Positions 18,830-29,172 of a stretch of DNA of 42,624 bases are shown here, one piece after another; within the stretch, counting starts at the first letter, position 1, and each line of letters starts with the position of its first letter. The notes beneath the pieces are model-generated. The model did no database searches and was not told where the DNA came from. It was given only the letters and a program-made list of their open reading frames with translations. Source of the stretch: Pseudobdellovibrionaceae bacterium. GTDB taxonomy: Bacteria > Bdellovibrionota > Bdellovibrionia > Bdellovibrionales > Bdellovibrionaceae. The stretch is taken from assembly GCA_046315835.1 (NCBI GenBank), contig JBKCXY010000207.1:1-42624 (forward strand), in the 5' to 3' direction. The position numbers and the translations under genes are program-made.

Positions 18830-19585
18830 ATGGTAAAAAACAGTCATTGGAAATCAAAACATTTTTGGACAGAAGGTTGGGGCTCTCTTGGTCTTGCTGT
18901 TCTTGTGGCTCTCTTTATTCGCTGGGCATTTTTTGAAGCTTATGTGATCCCTTCGGGAAGTATGCTCCCCAGTCTCCTCATTCATGATCATATTTTCGTG
19001 AACAAATTTACATATGGGATTCGCGTTCCTTTTAGCGAAAAGTGGTTGGTGAAGTTCTCTGAGCCACAAGCAGGTGAAGTTGTTGTCTTTAAGTACCCGC
19101 AAGATATGAGCACTTTTTTCATTAAAAGAGTGGTCGGAAAAGCAGGGGACCGAATTTACTACGAAAAAGGAACCCTTTACATCAATGACCAGCCCCTCGA
19201 GAAAACGCCGCCGATGGGGAATACGGAGTTCGAGGCGGTCAGGGACGCGGACTTTCAAGAAAATGGCGACGTCTTTGATTCTAAAGGAAACTATGTTCAC
19301 TTTATCGAGAACCTAAAGGGCAAAAAGCATTCAGTGTTGTTACGAAAGGGTGATATCTACGACTCTTTTGGTCCTGTAACGGTCCCTGAAGGTCACCTTT
19401 TTGTGATGGGGGACAATCGAAATAAATCCAGTGACTCTCGCTACTGGGGATTTTTGCCTGAGAAGAATATTCTTGGTCGAGCCTCCATCGTGTGGCTCAG
19501 CTGCGAAGAGACTCTTCCGGTCGTGAGTTTCCTGTGTAATCCACTGACGATCAGATTTAATCGATTTTTCCATTTGGTGAATTAG
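18830..19585 (+). CDS. lepB: Signal peptidase I, paralogue 1
   Basis: Catalytic Ser box IPSGSMLPSL, Lys box FIKRVVGKAGD and box E GDNRNKSSDSRYWGF. N-terminal TM. Confidence 0.9.
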   Translation: MVKNSHWKSKHFWTEGWGSLGLAVLVALFIRWAFFEAYVIPSGSMLPSLLIHDHIFVNKFTYGIRVPFSEKWLVKFSEPQAGEVVVFKYPQDMSTFFIKRVVGKAGDRIYYEKGTLYINDQPLEKTPPMGNTEFEAVRDADFQENGDVFDSKGNYVHFIENLKGKKHSVLLRKGDIYDSFGPVTVPEGHLFVMGDNRNKSSDSRYWGFLPEKNILGRASIVWLSCEETLPVVSFLCNPLTIRFNRFFHLVN

Positions 19586-19587
19586 CC

Positions 19588-20259
19588 ATGAGCCGAGATT
19601 TGCGGGCGACGTGGCCACAAGCTCTCGGTACATTTCTTTTTCCCATTCTACTGATCCTCAGTGTTCGCTGGTTTCTCGTTGAGCCTTTTGTGATTCCCTC
19701 GGGGAGCATGCTTCCCAATCTTCTCATCTTGGATCATGTGATCGTAAATAAACTTTCCTATGGGATTAGAATTCCAGGTCAGCAACAATTTCTCATTCAT
19801 TGGAGTCAGCCTCAGCGTGGGGACATTGTGGTTTTCAGGTATCCTGAAAATCCAGATGTGTTTTACGTGAAAAGGCTGGTTGGTCTACCAGGGGATCGGG
19901 TCAGTCTGGAAAAAGGTCAGATTATTGTGAATGGTCAGCCGCTCCCACAGAAGCAGCTCGGAAGCCAAGGTGAGTTCCAACAGTTTGCTGAAGCAGAGAA
20001 GGGCTACACCGTTCAGTACCTCCAGCATGAACAGTCTTTCTTCGATGAAGTTCAGGTTCCTGAAGATCGTTTCTTTTTCATGGGCGATAATCGAGATCAA
20101 TCCTCGGACTCGCGAGTCTGGGGCTTTGTACCGCAAGATCACCTCGTGGGTCGTGTGGTTGTGATTTGGCTGAGCTGTGCCAAAACTCTTCCTGGGGCTG
20201 AATTTATTTGTGATCCAACCACTCTTCGTTGGGATAGATTCGGAGTTAGGCTCAGATGA
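19588..20259 (+). CDS. lepB: Signal peptidase I, paralogue 2
   Basis: IPSGSMLPNL, YVKRLVGLPGD and GDNRDQSSDSRVWGF. Starts 2 nt after paralogue 1. Confidence 0.9.
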   Translation: MSRDLRATWPQALGTFLFPILLILSVRWFLVEPFVIPSGSMLPNLLILDHVIVNKLSYGIRIPGQQQFLIHWSQPQRGDIVVFRYPENPDVFYVKRLVGLPGDRVSLEKGQIIVNGQPLPQKQLGSQGEFQQFAEAEKGYTVQYLQHEQSFFDEVQVPEDRFFFMGDNRDQSSDSRVWGFVPQDHLVGRVVVIWLSCAKTLPGAEFICDPTTLRWDRFGVRLR

Positions 20260-20945
20260 AAACCTTTAAACCTTGGCGTGAGTATCTTGAAAATGTTCTT
20301 GTTGCGATCTTGCTAGCGCTGATTGTGCGCACGTTTGTGATGACAGGGTACAAGGTACCTACGGGATCGATGGCTCCGACTCTCATTCCTGGAGATTTTG
20401 TGTTTTCTTTCAAGCTTCCTTATGGGGTCAAGATTCCACTCACTGAGACGAAGCTGGCTTCAGGAAATCCTCAGCGAGGAGAGTTAGTGGTATTTAGCTA
20501 TCCTGAGCAGCCCCGAGTGTTTTTCGTCAAACGCGTTGTGGCCCTTCCTGGGGATCATGTTCAAATCGTTGAGGGGGAGCTTCTCATCAATGGAGAAAAG
20601 GCCTCCTATTCAGCTTTAAGTGAAAGCTATCTTTCTGATTTCCCTGACCGAATGAACCTTGATGCTCGCCTGGAAAAAATTTTGGGAAGTGAAAGAGTTC
20701 TTTTTTTTGCTAAAGATTTGAAGTCAAAGTCCTATGGTCCCATGATTGTGCCGCCAAATGAAGTGTTTTTGCTGGGTGATAATCGTGATTCAAGCGATGA
20801 TTCGCGTTATTGGGGGACTGTTCCTATCTCAAAAATTGAAGGACGCTTGTTTTTAATCTGGCTTTCGCTGGATTGGCAAAATCGTACTCTTGGAGGGGTG
20901 CTTCCAGGCTTGAGATCTGAGCGAATTTTTACTTCGCTTCATTGA
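20256..20945 (+). CDS. lepB: Signal peptidase I, paralogue 3
   Basis: VPTGSMAPTL, FVKRVVALPGD and GDNRDSSDDSRYWGT. ATGA overlap with paralogue 2. Confidence 0.9.
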   Translation: MKTFKPWREYLENVLVAILLALIVRTFVMTGYKVPTGSMAPTLIPGDFVFSFKLPYGVKIPLTETKLASGNPQRGELVVFSYPEQPRVFFVKRVVALPGDHVQIVEGELLINGEKASYSALSESYLSDFPDRMNLDARLEKILGSERVLFFAKDLKSKSYGPMIVPPNEVFLLGDNRDSSDDSRYWGTVPISKIEGRLFLIWLSLDWQNRTLGGVLPGLRSERIFTSLH

Positions 20946-20971
20946 CAGGCCTATGATGTCTGTTTAGCGTT

Positions 20972-21880
20972 GTGAAGATGTCTTTATTCGATGGTTCCTT
21001 GATAGATCTGAATAGCATCTCGAGCCAAACCATCGATACTCTTTTCGACCTCGCCTCCTCTCTGAAAAAGCAGTCCCGTCCGCCTCAGCATCATGGACAA
21101 ACTGTTGCTTTCTTGTTCTTTGAACCGAGCACTCGCACGCGAATGAGTTTTGAAACAGCGGCGGCGCGAGCTGGTCTGACAGCTTTGGTTTTTGATGGCG
21201 GGCAAAAGACCTCTCTTGAAAAGGGAGAGACCGTGGAAGATTCTATTCTGAACATTGCAGCCATGGGGCCTGAGTATCTTGTGATCCGCTGCGGAGATGA
21301 AATCAATTTAAGAACCATCTCTCAACTTGTTTCTGCACCCATTGTGAATGCTGGGTGGGGCGTGCAGGGGCATCCGACTCAAGCTCTTCTCGATGTTTTT
21401 ACCTTGCGAGAAAAGTGGGAGAGTTTGAAAGGTCGAAGGCTTCTCATTGTGGGAGATGTTCGTCACAGTCGTGTGGCTCATTCACATATGGAGCTTGCAG
21501 GCAAGCTTGAAATGGAAATCGCAGTCTGCTGTCCTCAGGAATTCCGCTCTGAGAAAAGTTCCGTTAAACATTTTTCCGAAATTTCTGAAGCTCTTCACTG
21601 GTGTGATGCGGTGATGGCTTTACGAGTTCAATTCGAAAGGCATTCAGAGGGATCAAGCCTTGATCGCGAATCTTACTCCCAAAAATTTGGACTCAATCGA
21701 AGAAATCTTTCTGCTCTAAGGCCTGGATGTTTTGTTATGCATCCTGGTCCTATCAACCACGGTCTGGAAATGGATTCAGAAGTGATTCATCAGCGAAACA
21801 GCTTAGTTTTGAGTCAAGTGAGTCATGGTGTCTTTTTGAGAGAAGCTCTTTTTCGGCTAGCCAGAGGTGAAACTTGGTAA
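20972..21880 (+). CDS. pyrB: Aspartate carbamoyltransferase catalytic subunit
   Basis: STRTRMSFE, HPTQALLD and MHPGPINHGLEM. The start is either GTG 20972 or ATG 20978. Confidence 0.9.
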   Translation: MKMSLFDGSLIDLNSISSQTIDTLFDLASSLKKQSRPPQHHGQTVAFLFFEPSTRTRMSFETAAARAGLTALVFDGGQKTSLEKGETVEDSILNIAAMGPEYLVIRCGDEINLRTISQLVSAPIVNAGWGVQGHPTQALLDVFTLREKWESLKGRRLLIVGDVRHSRVAHSHMELAGKLEMEIAVCCPQEFRSEKSSVKHFSEISEALHWCDAVMALRVQFERHSEGSSLDRESYSQKFGLNRRNLSALRPGCFVMHPGPINHGLEMDSEVIHQRNSLVLSQVSHGVFLREALFRLARGETW

Positions 21881-22968
21881 CGAAAGGTTTTTTAGTTTTA
21901 GAAACGGGAGAAGTTTACGAAGGTGTTTGGGGAGGTCCTCAGCAGCCAAACTTTGAAAGAGCTGGCGAGGTCGTTTTTAACACTTCTCATCAGGGCTATG
22001 AGGAGATTGCCACCGACCCAAGTTATTTTTCACAGATTGTGGTGATGACAGCACCCATGCAGGGAAATTATGGAGCAGATCAACAGGTTTGGGAAAGTCG
22101 CAAGATCTGGATTGAGGGCTTCATCGCTTTACAAATTCAAAAGACGGAGCGTGAGCAGAGTTGGCTTCAAACCCTGATTAAGGCCGAGGTGCCAGCGATC
22201 ACTGAAATGGACACTCGGGCGATCGCTCTTCGCCTTCGTTCAGGGGGGACCCCGTGGGGCGCTCTTGTTTTTTCAACAGACGCAGCTCAGGCCAAAAGCA
22301 AAGCTGAAAGGCTGATTGCTGATAAAAAAAGAATTGAATCAGATTGGGTTCATTTGGCCAGTCGCCAGCAAGTTGAAACTCTTGCCGGTGAGAAGGCCCG
22401 TGGGCCGCGAATTGCCGTCCTCGATTTTGGAGCTAAAGAAAATATTTTACGTGAGCTTAAAAAGCGCGCTCGTGAAGTTCGAGTATTTCCGAGTCGAACT
22501 CCAGCGGCTGAGATCGCGGCTTATCAACCGGATGGTCTGATGCTCACCAATGGGCCTGGTGATCCAGCGCAAGTGCAAATTGCACCAGAGACTGTTCGCC
22601 ATTTCGTTGGGAGAATCCCTATTTATGGGATCTGCATGGGGCATCAGGTTTTGGCATTGGCTCTGGGGGCGAGCACTTTTAAGCTTAAATTTGGACATCG
22701 CGGTGCTAATCATCCTATCCAGGATCGACTTCTGGGTCGCATTTACATGACCAGCCAGAATCACGGCTATGCGGTGAAAGGCGAGACTCTCCCCAAGGAT
22801 GCTCAAGTGACCCAAGTGAACTTGAATGACCAAACGGTGGCAGGGTTCTATTCAGAGAAAAATTCTTACCTGGGAATTCAATATCATCCAGAGAGTCATC
22901 CGGGGCCACATGAAGCCACAGAATTGTTTGATTTTTTCGTTGAGAAAATGATGGGAGTGCGAAAGTGA
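21874..22968 (+). CDS. carA: Carbamoyl-phosphate synthase small (glutaminase) subunit
   Basis: N-terminus LVLETGEVYEG, GICMGHQVLALA (catalytic Cys), SQNHGYAV and QYHPE. TTG start overlaps the pyrB stop. Confidence 0.95.
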   Translation: MVTKGFLVLETGEVYEGVWGGPQQPNFERAGEVVFNTSHQGYEEIATDPSYFSQIVVMTAPMQGNYGADQQVWESRKIWIEGFIALQIQKTEREQSWLQTLIKAEVPAITEMDTRAIALRLRSGGTPWGALVFSTDAAQAKSKAERLIADKKRIESDWVHLASRQQVETLAGEKARGPRIAVLDFGAKENILRELKKRAREVRVFPSRTPAAEIAAYQPDGLMLTNGPGDPAQVQIAPETVRHFVGRIPIYGICMGHQVLALALGASTFKLKFGHRGANHPIQDRLLGRIYMTSQNHGYAVKGETLPKDAQVTQVNLNDQTVAGFYSEKNSYLGIQYHPESHPGPHEATELFDFFVEKMMGVRK

Positions 22969-23639
22969 GTGCGACTGACAGTGAATCAAAAATGAAGTTT
23001 TACTTTTCCTTAATGGATAAGATTCTTAATCACTTTGCAGGATCTGACTTCCAAGAAGAAGTCCGTCTCGCAAAATCTGAGTTTTTCGACAATGCGGGTA
23101 TTCTGGATGAAAGATCTGAACAATTTGAGCTTCGAATGTCTCAGTTTTTTGATTGGTATTTTTTCACTCGAGAACTTCGTGGTTTTTCGCAGACTCCGCT
23201 GGAAAGTGTTCATATGGCAAGACCTTTGCGATTTTCAGATGAGGAACAGCAAGCCATTGATGCTATGAAGAATCATCGACATTCAATCTTTGAATTTCAA
23301 AAGATTAAGGGAAACGACATTTACCTCAAAGATCTTTTGAAAGGGGACAAGATCGTCGTGAAAGAATGTCCCTGGACTTTTGGATTCGATTCTGACGAAC
23401 TGTTTGAGGCGCGCTTAGTTCCCCAGAGGGACAATTGGTACTTTATGAAAGGATTTTGCTTTCATCCCCGGGAAGCAAAAAAATTTATTCTTACAGAGAT
23501 AAAGAGACACAGAAAAGATCCAGATCTGAATCCAGAAGACATGATGTTGAGATTGATCAAGATGCGCTATAAATTTGAACGCTATCGACATGTCAAAATT
23601 GATCTCATTTACTCTGCCGAGAGCAAGGTAGGTATTTAG
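22965..23639 (+). CDS. Hypothetical protein (224 aa) inserted between carA and carB
   Basis: Uninterrupted ORF with a GTGA overlap with carA at its start and a 1-nt overlap (TAGTG) with the carB start at its end. No signal peptide or TM, and no motif I can recognise. Lys/Phe/Asp/Glu-rich, with a basic C-terminus. Confidence 0.75.
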   Translation: MSATDSESKMKFYFSLMDKILNHFAGSDFQEEVRLAKSEFFDNAGILDERSEQFELRMSQFFDWYFFTRELRGFSQTPLESVHMARPLRFSDEEQQAIDAMKNHRHSIFEFQKIKGNDIYLKDLLKGDKIVVKECPWTFGFDSDELFEARLVPQRDNWYFMKGFCFHPREAKKFILTEIKRHRKDPDLNPEDMMLRLIKMRYKFERYRHVKIDLIYSAESKVGI

Positions 23640-26600
23640 TGGGTAAGAGACCGGAGATTCGCAAAGTTCTGATCATTGGAAGTGGGCCCATCGTCATAGG
23701 TCAGGCTTGTGAATTCGATTATTCAGGGACGCAGGCTTGCAAAGCTTTGATGAATGAGGGTCTCGAAGTCATCCTGGTCAATTCCAATCCAGCAACAATC
23801 ATGACTGACCCTGAAGTAGCGACGCGAGTTTATGTTGAGCCTCTGAAGGCCAACTATTTAGAAAAAATCATTGCTGAAGAACGTCCCGATTCCATGATTC
23901 CGACTCTGGGGGGGCAGACGGCTCTGAATCTCGCACTAGAGCTGCATGATTCAGGAGTGCTCTCCAAATACCAAGTCAGGCTTTTAGGTGCAGACCCCAA
24001 AGTGATTCGAGCGGCCGAAGACCGTGAGGTCTTTCGGGGGATTCTTGATAAAGTAGGGGCAAAGTATCCTCGCTCTGAAATGGTGAGAACTTTCGAGCAA
24101 GGTTTAAAAGTCGCGCAGGATCTTGGTTATCCATTGATTTTACGACCCAATTTCACCTTGGGCGGCGGGGGTGGGGGGATCGCCTATTCTCCTCCAGAGT
24201 ATCAACGGATGATCACTCAAGCTTTGTTTGAGAGTCCTACTTCTGAAGTTCTCGTCGAAGAGTCAATTTTAGGGTGGAAAGAGTTTGAACTTGAAGTGAT
24301 GCGAGATCACTCGGGGACTTTTGTTGTGGTCTGTAATATTGAGAATTTTGATGCTTGCGGAGTTCACACAGGAGACTCGATCACGGTCGCTCCTCAGCAG
24401 ACTCTCACGGATCGTGAGTACCAAGCGATGCGTGATGAAGCTTGTAAGATTCTCAATGAAGTCGGAGTGGAGACGGGGGGCGCTAATATCCAGTTTGCCA
24501 CTCACCCTCAAACTGGCGAGCGAGTTGTCATTGAAATGAATCCTCGAGTTTCCCGGTCTTCAGCTCTCGCCAGTAAGGCCACGGGATTTCCCATTGCTAA
24601 GATTGCAGCTCTTTTAGCCATCGGTTACAAGCTCGATGAAATTCAGAATGACATTACCAAAGTCACACCTTCTTGCTATGAGCCAGCTCTCGATTACGTA
24701 GTGACGAAGATTCCTCGTTTTGCTTTCGAAAAGTTTCCCGGAGCGAAAGATGTTCTCACGACACAGATGAAGTCTGTGGGTGAAGTGATGGGAGTGGGAA
24801 GAACTTTCCAAGAATCTTTCATGAAGGCGGTTCTCTCTTTAGAGAACCATCCCGAGGGATTTCCCGCGATCGCTTTAGATCCTGACAAACTTGCCGTTCC
24901 CAATAGCCAGAGATTTTATCAGATCTTTCAAGCTCTGCGCCAAGGAAGATCTGTCTCTGAAATTTCAGAAATCACTCGCATCGATCATTGGTTTTTGGAG
25001 CAGCTGAAGCAGATCGCGGATTTTGAAATCGAGCTCCAGTCGCAGCCCTTGAGTCGGGATCTTCTCCTGAAGGCAAAAAGAAAAGGGATGTCAGATGCTC
25101 TGATTGCTCGCCTCACACAAAAAGAACCTGCAGACATTCTCGCCTTTCGTGAGAAAAATGGTCTTTATCCAAGATTTCAACAAATTGACACTTGCGCTGG
25201 TGAATTTGCATCCAGCACTCCTTATTTTTATTCTTCGTATTGGTTTCAAGAATCAGTAATCCTTGATTTTCAATCTCCTGTTGTGGTGATCGGAAGTGGA
25301 CCCAATCGGATCGGGCAAGGAATTGAGTTCGACTATAGCTGTGTTCGGGGAGTCAAAGCTCTCCGTCGTCAAAAAGAACAAGTGGTGATGGTGAACTCGA
25401 ATCCAGAGACCGTTTCCACGGACTATGATACGGCGGATATCCTTTTCTTTGAGCCGCTGACTTTTGAGAGTTTAAGGGAAATCTTTCGCTGGATTAAGCC
25501 CAAAGGATTTATTGCTCAGCTCGGAGGCCAAACTCCGATTAATCTCGCCCCAGCACTTGTCCGATCAGGGACACCGCTTCTAGGTTCCTCCTTGGAGGCC
25601 ATTGATCTCGCGGAGGATCGAGGTCGATTCAGTGAAATCTGCCGAGAGTTAAAATTTAAAATACCAAAGTCATTCATGGCGCCAGGTTTAGGTGTAGCTC
25701 TCAGTCAAATTGAGCAAGTGGGATACCCCGTGATCTGTCGTCCTTCCTATGTCCTGGGTGGGCGAAGGATGGAAGTCGTTGAAAATGAATCTGAACTTCA
25801 CTCCTATTTCCAGAGGCATCAAGCTTACATCTCCAGTGAGGCCCCCTGTTTGATTGATCAATTCCTTGAAGGGGCTCTCGAAGTCGATGTGGACTTGGTC
25901 CGAGGAAAAGACTGGATGATTGTTGGCGGTATTGTCGAGCATATCGAAGCCGCCGGTGTGCATTCGGGCGACAGTATGGGAGTTTTACCTCCGCAGCGGC
26001 TCAAGAAGGAAACTTGTCACAAGATTGAAGAGTTATCGACTCAATTGGCAGATCGAATGAGAATCATCGGCCACTTGAATCTCCAGCTTGCCGTCAAGAA
26101 TGATCAAGTTTTTATTCTTGAAGCCAATCCAAGAAGCTCACGCTCTGTTCCCTTCGTCGTCAAGGCTGCTGGAGTTCCGTTGATTGATCTGGGAATTGCA
26201 GCCATGCTCGGGAAAAGTCGCTCAGAGCTTCAACTCCAGAATTATGATTGGCATAGGACTTCGTCAGTTTCTGTCAAAGGTGTGGTCTTTCCTTTTAAGA
26301 AATTCAGTGAAGCAGACTCACTGCTGGGACCTGAAATGAAGTCAACGGGCGAGTCCATGGGACGAGGCCAAAGCTTCGGGGAAGCGATGAAGAAGGCTTT
26401 TCTATCTTCAAATATAAAACTTCCGAGATCAGGGGAAGTTTTCTTTTCTCTTCGAGAAAAGGATAAAACATCCATGCTCGAGATCGCTCAAGAGCTCAAG
26501 CAAATGGGGTTTACCATCTCAGCGACCAGGGGAACGGCGGAACATTTTTCTCGTCATGGGATTGAGACCTTGGCACTCCGAAAGGTTCACGAGGGACGGC

Positions 26601-26827
26601 CCAATTGTGTCGATCGAATTCGCTCAGGAGAAATTGCTTTTGTGATCAATACGACTCGTGGAAGAACTTCTATTGAAGCGAGTTTTGATATTCGCCGTGC
26701 TTGTATTGACTTGAGTATTCCGTGCATCACCGAGAACGATGCTGTGAATGCTTTTTTGATTGCTATAAAGTCGGCTCAAGGTGATCAATTGAATGTTGGA
26801 TATCTTCCACAAGTGAGTTTGCCATGA
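23639..26827 (+). CDS. carB: Carbamoyl-phosphate synthase large subunit
   Basis: Two ATP-grasp halves ([20 protein letters not shown] and [18 protein letters not shown]), an oligomerisation domain and a C-terminal MGS-like domain. 1062 aa. Confidence 0.97.
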   Translation: MGKRPEIRKVLIIGSGPIVIGQACEFDYSGTQACKALMNEGLEVILVNSNPATIMTDPEVATRVYVEPLKANYLEKIIAEERPDSMIPTLGGQTALNLALELHDSGVLSKYQVRLLGADPKVIRAAEDREVFRGILDKVGAKYPRSEMVRTFEQGLKVAQDLGYPLILRPNFTLGGGGGGIAYSPPEYQRMITQALFESPTSEVLVEESILGWKEFELEVMRDHSGTFVVVCNIENFDACGVHTGDSITVAPQQTLTDREYQAMRDEACKILNEVGVETGGANIQFATHPQTGERVVIEMNPRVSRSSALASKATGFPIAKIAALLAIGYKLDEIQNDITKVTPSCYEPALDYVVTKIPRFAFEKFPGAKDVLTTQMKSVGEVMGVGRTFQESFMKAVLSLENHPEGFPAIALDPDKLAVPNSQRFYQIFQALRQGRSVSEISEITRIDHWFLEQLKQIADFEIELQSQPLSRDLLLKAKRKGMSDALIARLTQKEPADILAFREKNGLYPRFQQIDTCAGEFASSTPYFYSSYWFQESVILDFQSPVVVIGSGPNRIGQGIEFDYSCVRGVKALRRQKEQVVMVNSNPETVSTDYDTADILFFEPLTFESLREIFRWIKPKGFIAQLGGQTPINLAPALVRSGTPLLGSSLEAIDLAEDRGRFSEICRELKFKIPKSFMAPGLGVALSQIEQVGYPVICRPSYVLGGRRMEVVENESELHSYFQRHQAYISSEAPCLIDQFLEGALEVDVDLVRGKDWMIVGGIVEHIEAAGVHSGDSMGVLPPQRLKKETCHKIEELSTQLADRMRIIGHLNLQLAVKNDQVFILEANPRSSRSVPFVVKAAGVPLIDLGIAAMLGKSRSELQLQNYDWHRTSSVSVKGVVFPFKKFSEADSLLGPEMKSTGESMGRGQSFGEAMKKAFLSSNIKLPRSGEVFFSLREKDKTSMLEIAQELKQMGFTISATRGTAEHFSRHGIETLALRKVHEGRPNCVDRIRSGEIAFVINTTRGRTSIEASFDIRRACIDLSIPCITENDAVNAFLIAIKSAQGDQLNVGYLPQVSLP

Positions 26828-27699
26828 TGAATTCTGTCCGATGGTTCTTCCTTTCTCTTATTCTCTTCTGCTCCACAGTCAGTTCAGCGGAGGCAGATCC
26901 AGCTAAAATCGTGATCGGCTTTATCCCCGGGGGGAAGCTTGAAGCGATAAAAACAGGTGGTGCGAAGATCGCAGGCGAGCTGCAAAAGACTTTGAAAGTT
27001 ACAGTGGAAGTCTATGTTCCGCAAACCTATGGTGACTTGATTCAAGCAATCCAGCAAAAAAAAGTCGATTTTGCCTTTTTTACTGCGGCGACATACGTCC
27101 ATGCGGAAGCTGAAACATCCATGAAAGTTCTTCTCAAGAAAATGTGGGCTGAGCCATTCTACTATTCAACATTGCTTGTGCCTCAAGGAAGCCCACTGAA
27201 AAGTGTACAAAGTTTAAAAGGCAAAAGAATTGCCTTTGTAGATCGAAATTCAACTTCTGGATTTTTGTATCCAATGGTCTATTTTAAAAGAAATAAAATT
27301 TCTGAAGCATTTTTTTCAGAAGTGATTTTTAGTGGCAATCATGCTGATTCTGTCGAACTTTTAGAAGCTAAAAAAGTGGATGTGATTGCTGTTTTTAGCG
27401 ACGATAAGGCCTCGCAAAAAAGCGCCTTTGAGAAATACAAAAAGACTTCGATGAAAGTGCGATCTCTTTGGGTGAGCGAGCCCATCCCCAACGATCCTTT
27501 CGTTGTTCGACAAGACTTTTACGATAAGAATCCGAAGCTCACTCACAACCTGATGTTCAACCTGATTGATGTCGCCGAAAAGTTGAAAGAGGATAAAGAA
27601 GTTCTCGACTTTCTCGGAGCCCGAGGATTCATGCCTGCAACCACAAGGCAATACGATCCTGTTCGTGAGATGGTGAAGGAAATGAAGATCCTGCAATGA
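26824..27699 (+). CDS. Periplasmic PhnD-family (phosphonate/phosphite-type) substrate-binding protein, in the position of Myxococcus pilG
   Basis: Signal peptide ([11 protein letters not shown]). PhnD-like core [10 protein letters not shown]...[24 protein letters not shown]...[22 protein letters not shown] overlap with carB. Confidence 0.75.
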   Translation: MMNSVRWFFLSLILFCSTVSSAEADPAKIVIGFIPGGKLEAIKTGGAKIAGELQKTLKVTVEVYVPQTYGDLIQAIQQKKVDFAFFTAATYVHAEAETSMKVLLKKMWAEPFYYSTLLVPQGSPLKSVQSLKGKRIAFVDRNSTSGFLYPMVYFKRNKISEAFFSEVIFSGNHADSVELLEAKKVDVIAVFSDDKASQKSAFEKYKKTSMKVRSLWVSEPIPNDPFVVRQDFYDKNPKLTHNLMFNLIDVAEKLKEDKEVLDFLGARGFMPATTRQYDPVREMVKEMKILQ

Positions 27700-28409
27700 C
27701 TGTTTTATCTGTCAGTCACCTCAACAAGTTCTTTAGCGCGGGTATCTTCAAGTCTCCCAAGCAGGTTCTCCATGATGTCACATTCAGCATTCAAAAAGGG
27801 AGAGCCACAGGTTTTGTGGGCTTAAATGGCGCTGGCAAAACGACAACTCTCAAATGTGTTTTGGGTTTTATTCATCCTCAAAGTGGATCGATCGATTTCG
27901 ATCGAAGAAAGTTAGGCTATCTTCCAGAACGGCCCTATTATTATGATTTTTTGACAGCGAAAGAGTTTTTGGAGTTTTTTTGGAAGCTTTCAGAGCAGAA
28001 CCTCTCGGCTTTTGAAGAAGCTTGTGAACAGGTTTTAAGTGAGGTTGGACTTCTTGAAGCGAAAAATGCCTTGCTGAAAGATTTTTCTAAAGGAATGCTT
28101 CAGCGAGTTGGTCTTGCGCAAGCGCTGATTCATCAACCTGAGATCTTAATCCTGGATGAACCCATGTCAGGCCTTGACCCAGATGGACGAGCCCGCATCA
28201 AAGAAATTCTTCTTCGTCAAAAGGAGCAAGGGAAAACACTCTTTTTTAGCAGTCATCTGCTGGCTGATATGGAAGAGCTCTGTGAGGACCTTGTGATCAT
28301 TCACAGGGGAAAAATTGTTTATACGGGACCTTTGAATTCATTTAAACAGGCAGAATCGCTAGAGTCTTCTTTTCAGCAGCTTCGACAGCAGCTGGAGGGT
28401 CGAGATTAA
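27696..28409 (+). CDS. ABC-2-type transporter ATP-binding protein (PilH-like position)
   Basis: Walker A GLNGAGKTT, signature FSKGMLQRVGLAQAL and Walker B LILDEPMSGLDP. ATGA overlap with the upstream gene. Confidence 0.9.
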   Translation: MTVLSVSHLNKFFSAGIFKSPKQVLHDVTFSIQKGRATGFVGLNGAGKTTTLKCVLGFIHPQSGSIDFDRRKLGYLPERPYYYDFLTAKEFLEFFWKLSEQNLSAFEEACEQVLSEVGLLEAKNALLKDFSKGMLQRVGLAQALIHQPEILILDEPMSGLDPDGRARIKEILLRQKEQGKTLFFSSHLLADMEELCEDLVIIHRGKIVYTGPLNSFKQAESLESSFQQLRQQLEGRD

Positions 28410-28410
28410 T

Positions 28411-29172
28411 ATGCAGCAGATGAGAGCTCTGATTTGGGTTTCCATTCAAGAAATGATAAGAATGCGCCTGGGGTGGGTTTTCATTTCTCTGACACTTTTT
28501 CTTTTTGCTTTGAGCTTTCTCTTCGGAGCGCTGAGCTTTGATGAGAGAACAAGAATGCTCCTTCATTTTGGTTTTTTGGGTGTGCACCTTTCTGGAGTCG
28601 CCCTTGCAATTGTCTTTGGGTCTCAGCTTTTGCAAAAAGAACTCGAGAAGCAAACATGTCTTGTGGTGTTGTCGCGAAATGTTTCGCGAGAGAAGTTTCT
28701 GCTCAGTAAAGCTCTGACTTTTTTTCTTGTGTGGGGAGCCGCAGGGCTGTCTTTGATTGCTTTACTTTGGATGCTTCTGACTTTTCAGTTTTCTGCTCTT
28801 CAAATGTTCGTTGTGTTTTTGGGAAGTTATCTCGAATCAGCGGTGATTTTCTCAGTCGCTCTGCTGCTGTCGATCTCAACGAGGCCTCTGATCGCAGGGA
28901 GTGCTTCTCTGGGAATCTATCTCATTTCACACTGGTCTCAAGAAGTGGCGTACTTTGGTGAAAAGGTTGGGAATCCTGTATTGTCTATTGTTGGAAAAGT
29001 CTCTCAGTACCTCTTTCCTCGTCTCTATGAAGCCAATTGGCGCAGCATTTATTTTATGGAGCACCCCATTTCGCTGAATCATTTCCTGTGGACGGGGTTT
29101 CATCTTTTGGCATGGACAGTTCTCTTGATTGTCGCTTCAATGTTAACTTTCAGGAGGCGTGATCTTGTCTGA
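28411..29172 (+). CDS. ABC-2-type transporter permease (PilI-like position)
   Basis: About 6 hydrophobic TM segments and no EAA loop. Starts 2 nt after the ATPase gene. Confidence 0.75.
   Translation: MQQMRALIWVSIQEMIRMRLGWVFISLTLFLFALSFLFGALSFDERTRMLLHFGFLGVHLSGVALAIVFGSQLLQKELEKQTCLVVLSRNVSREKFLLSKALTFFLVWGAAGLSLIALLWMLLTFQFSALQMFVVFLGSYLESAVIFSVALLLSISTRPLIAGSASLGIYLISHWSQEVAYFGEKVGNPVLSIVGKVSQYLFPRLYEANWRSIYFMEHPISLNHFLWTGFHLLAWTVLLIVASMLTFRRRDLV

Noticed and set aside
18617-18857. Two overlapping minus-strand ORFs (76-77 aa) in the spacer upstream of lepB paralogue 1.
   Set aside because: They overlap each other and the lepB start, have no SD or recognisable motif, and show odd composition. 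They are most likely noncoding promoter or leader DNA for the lepB array.
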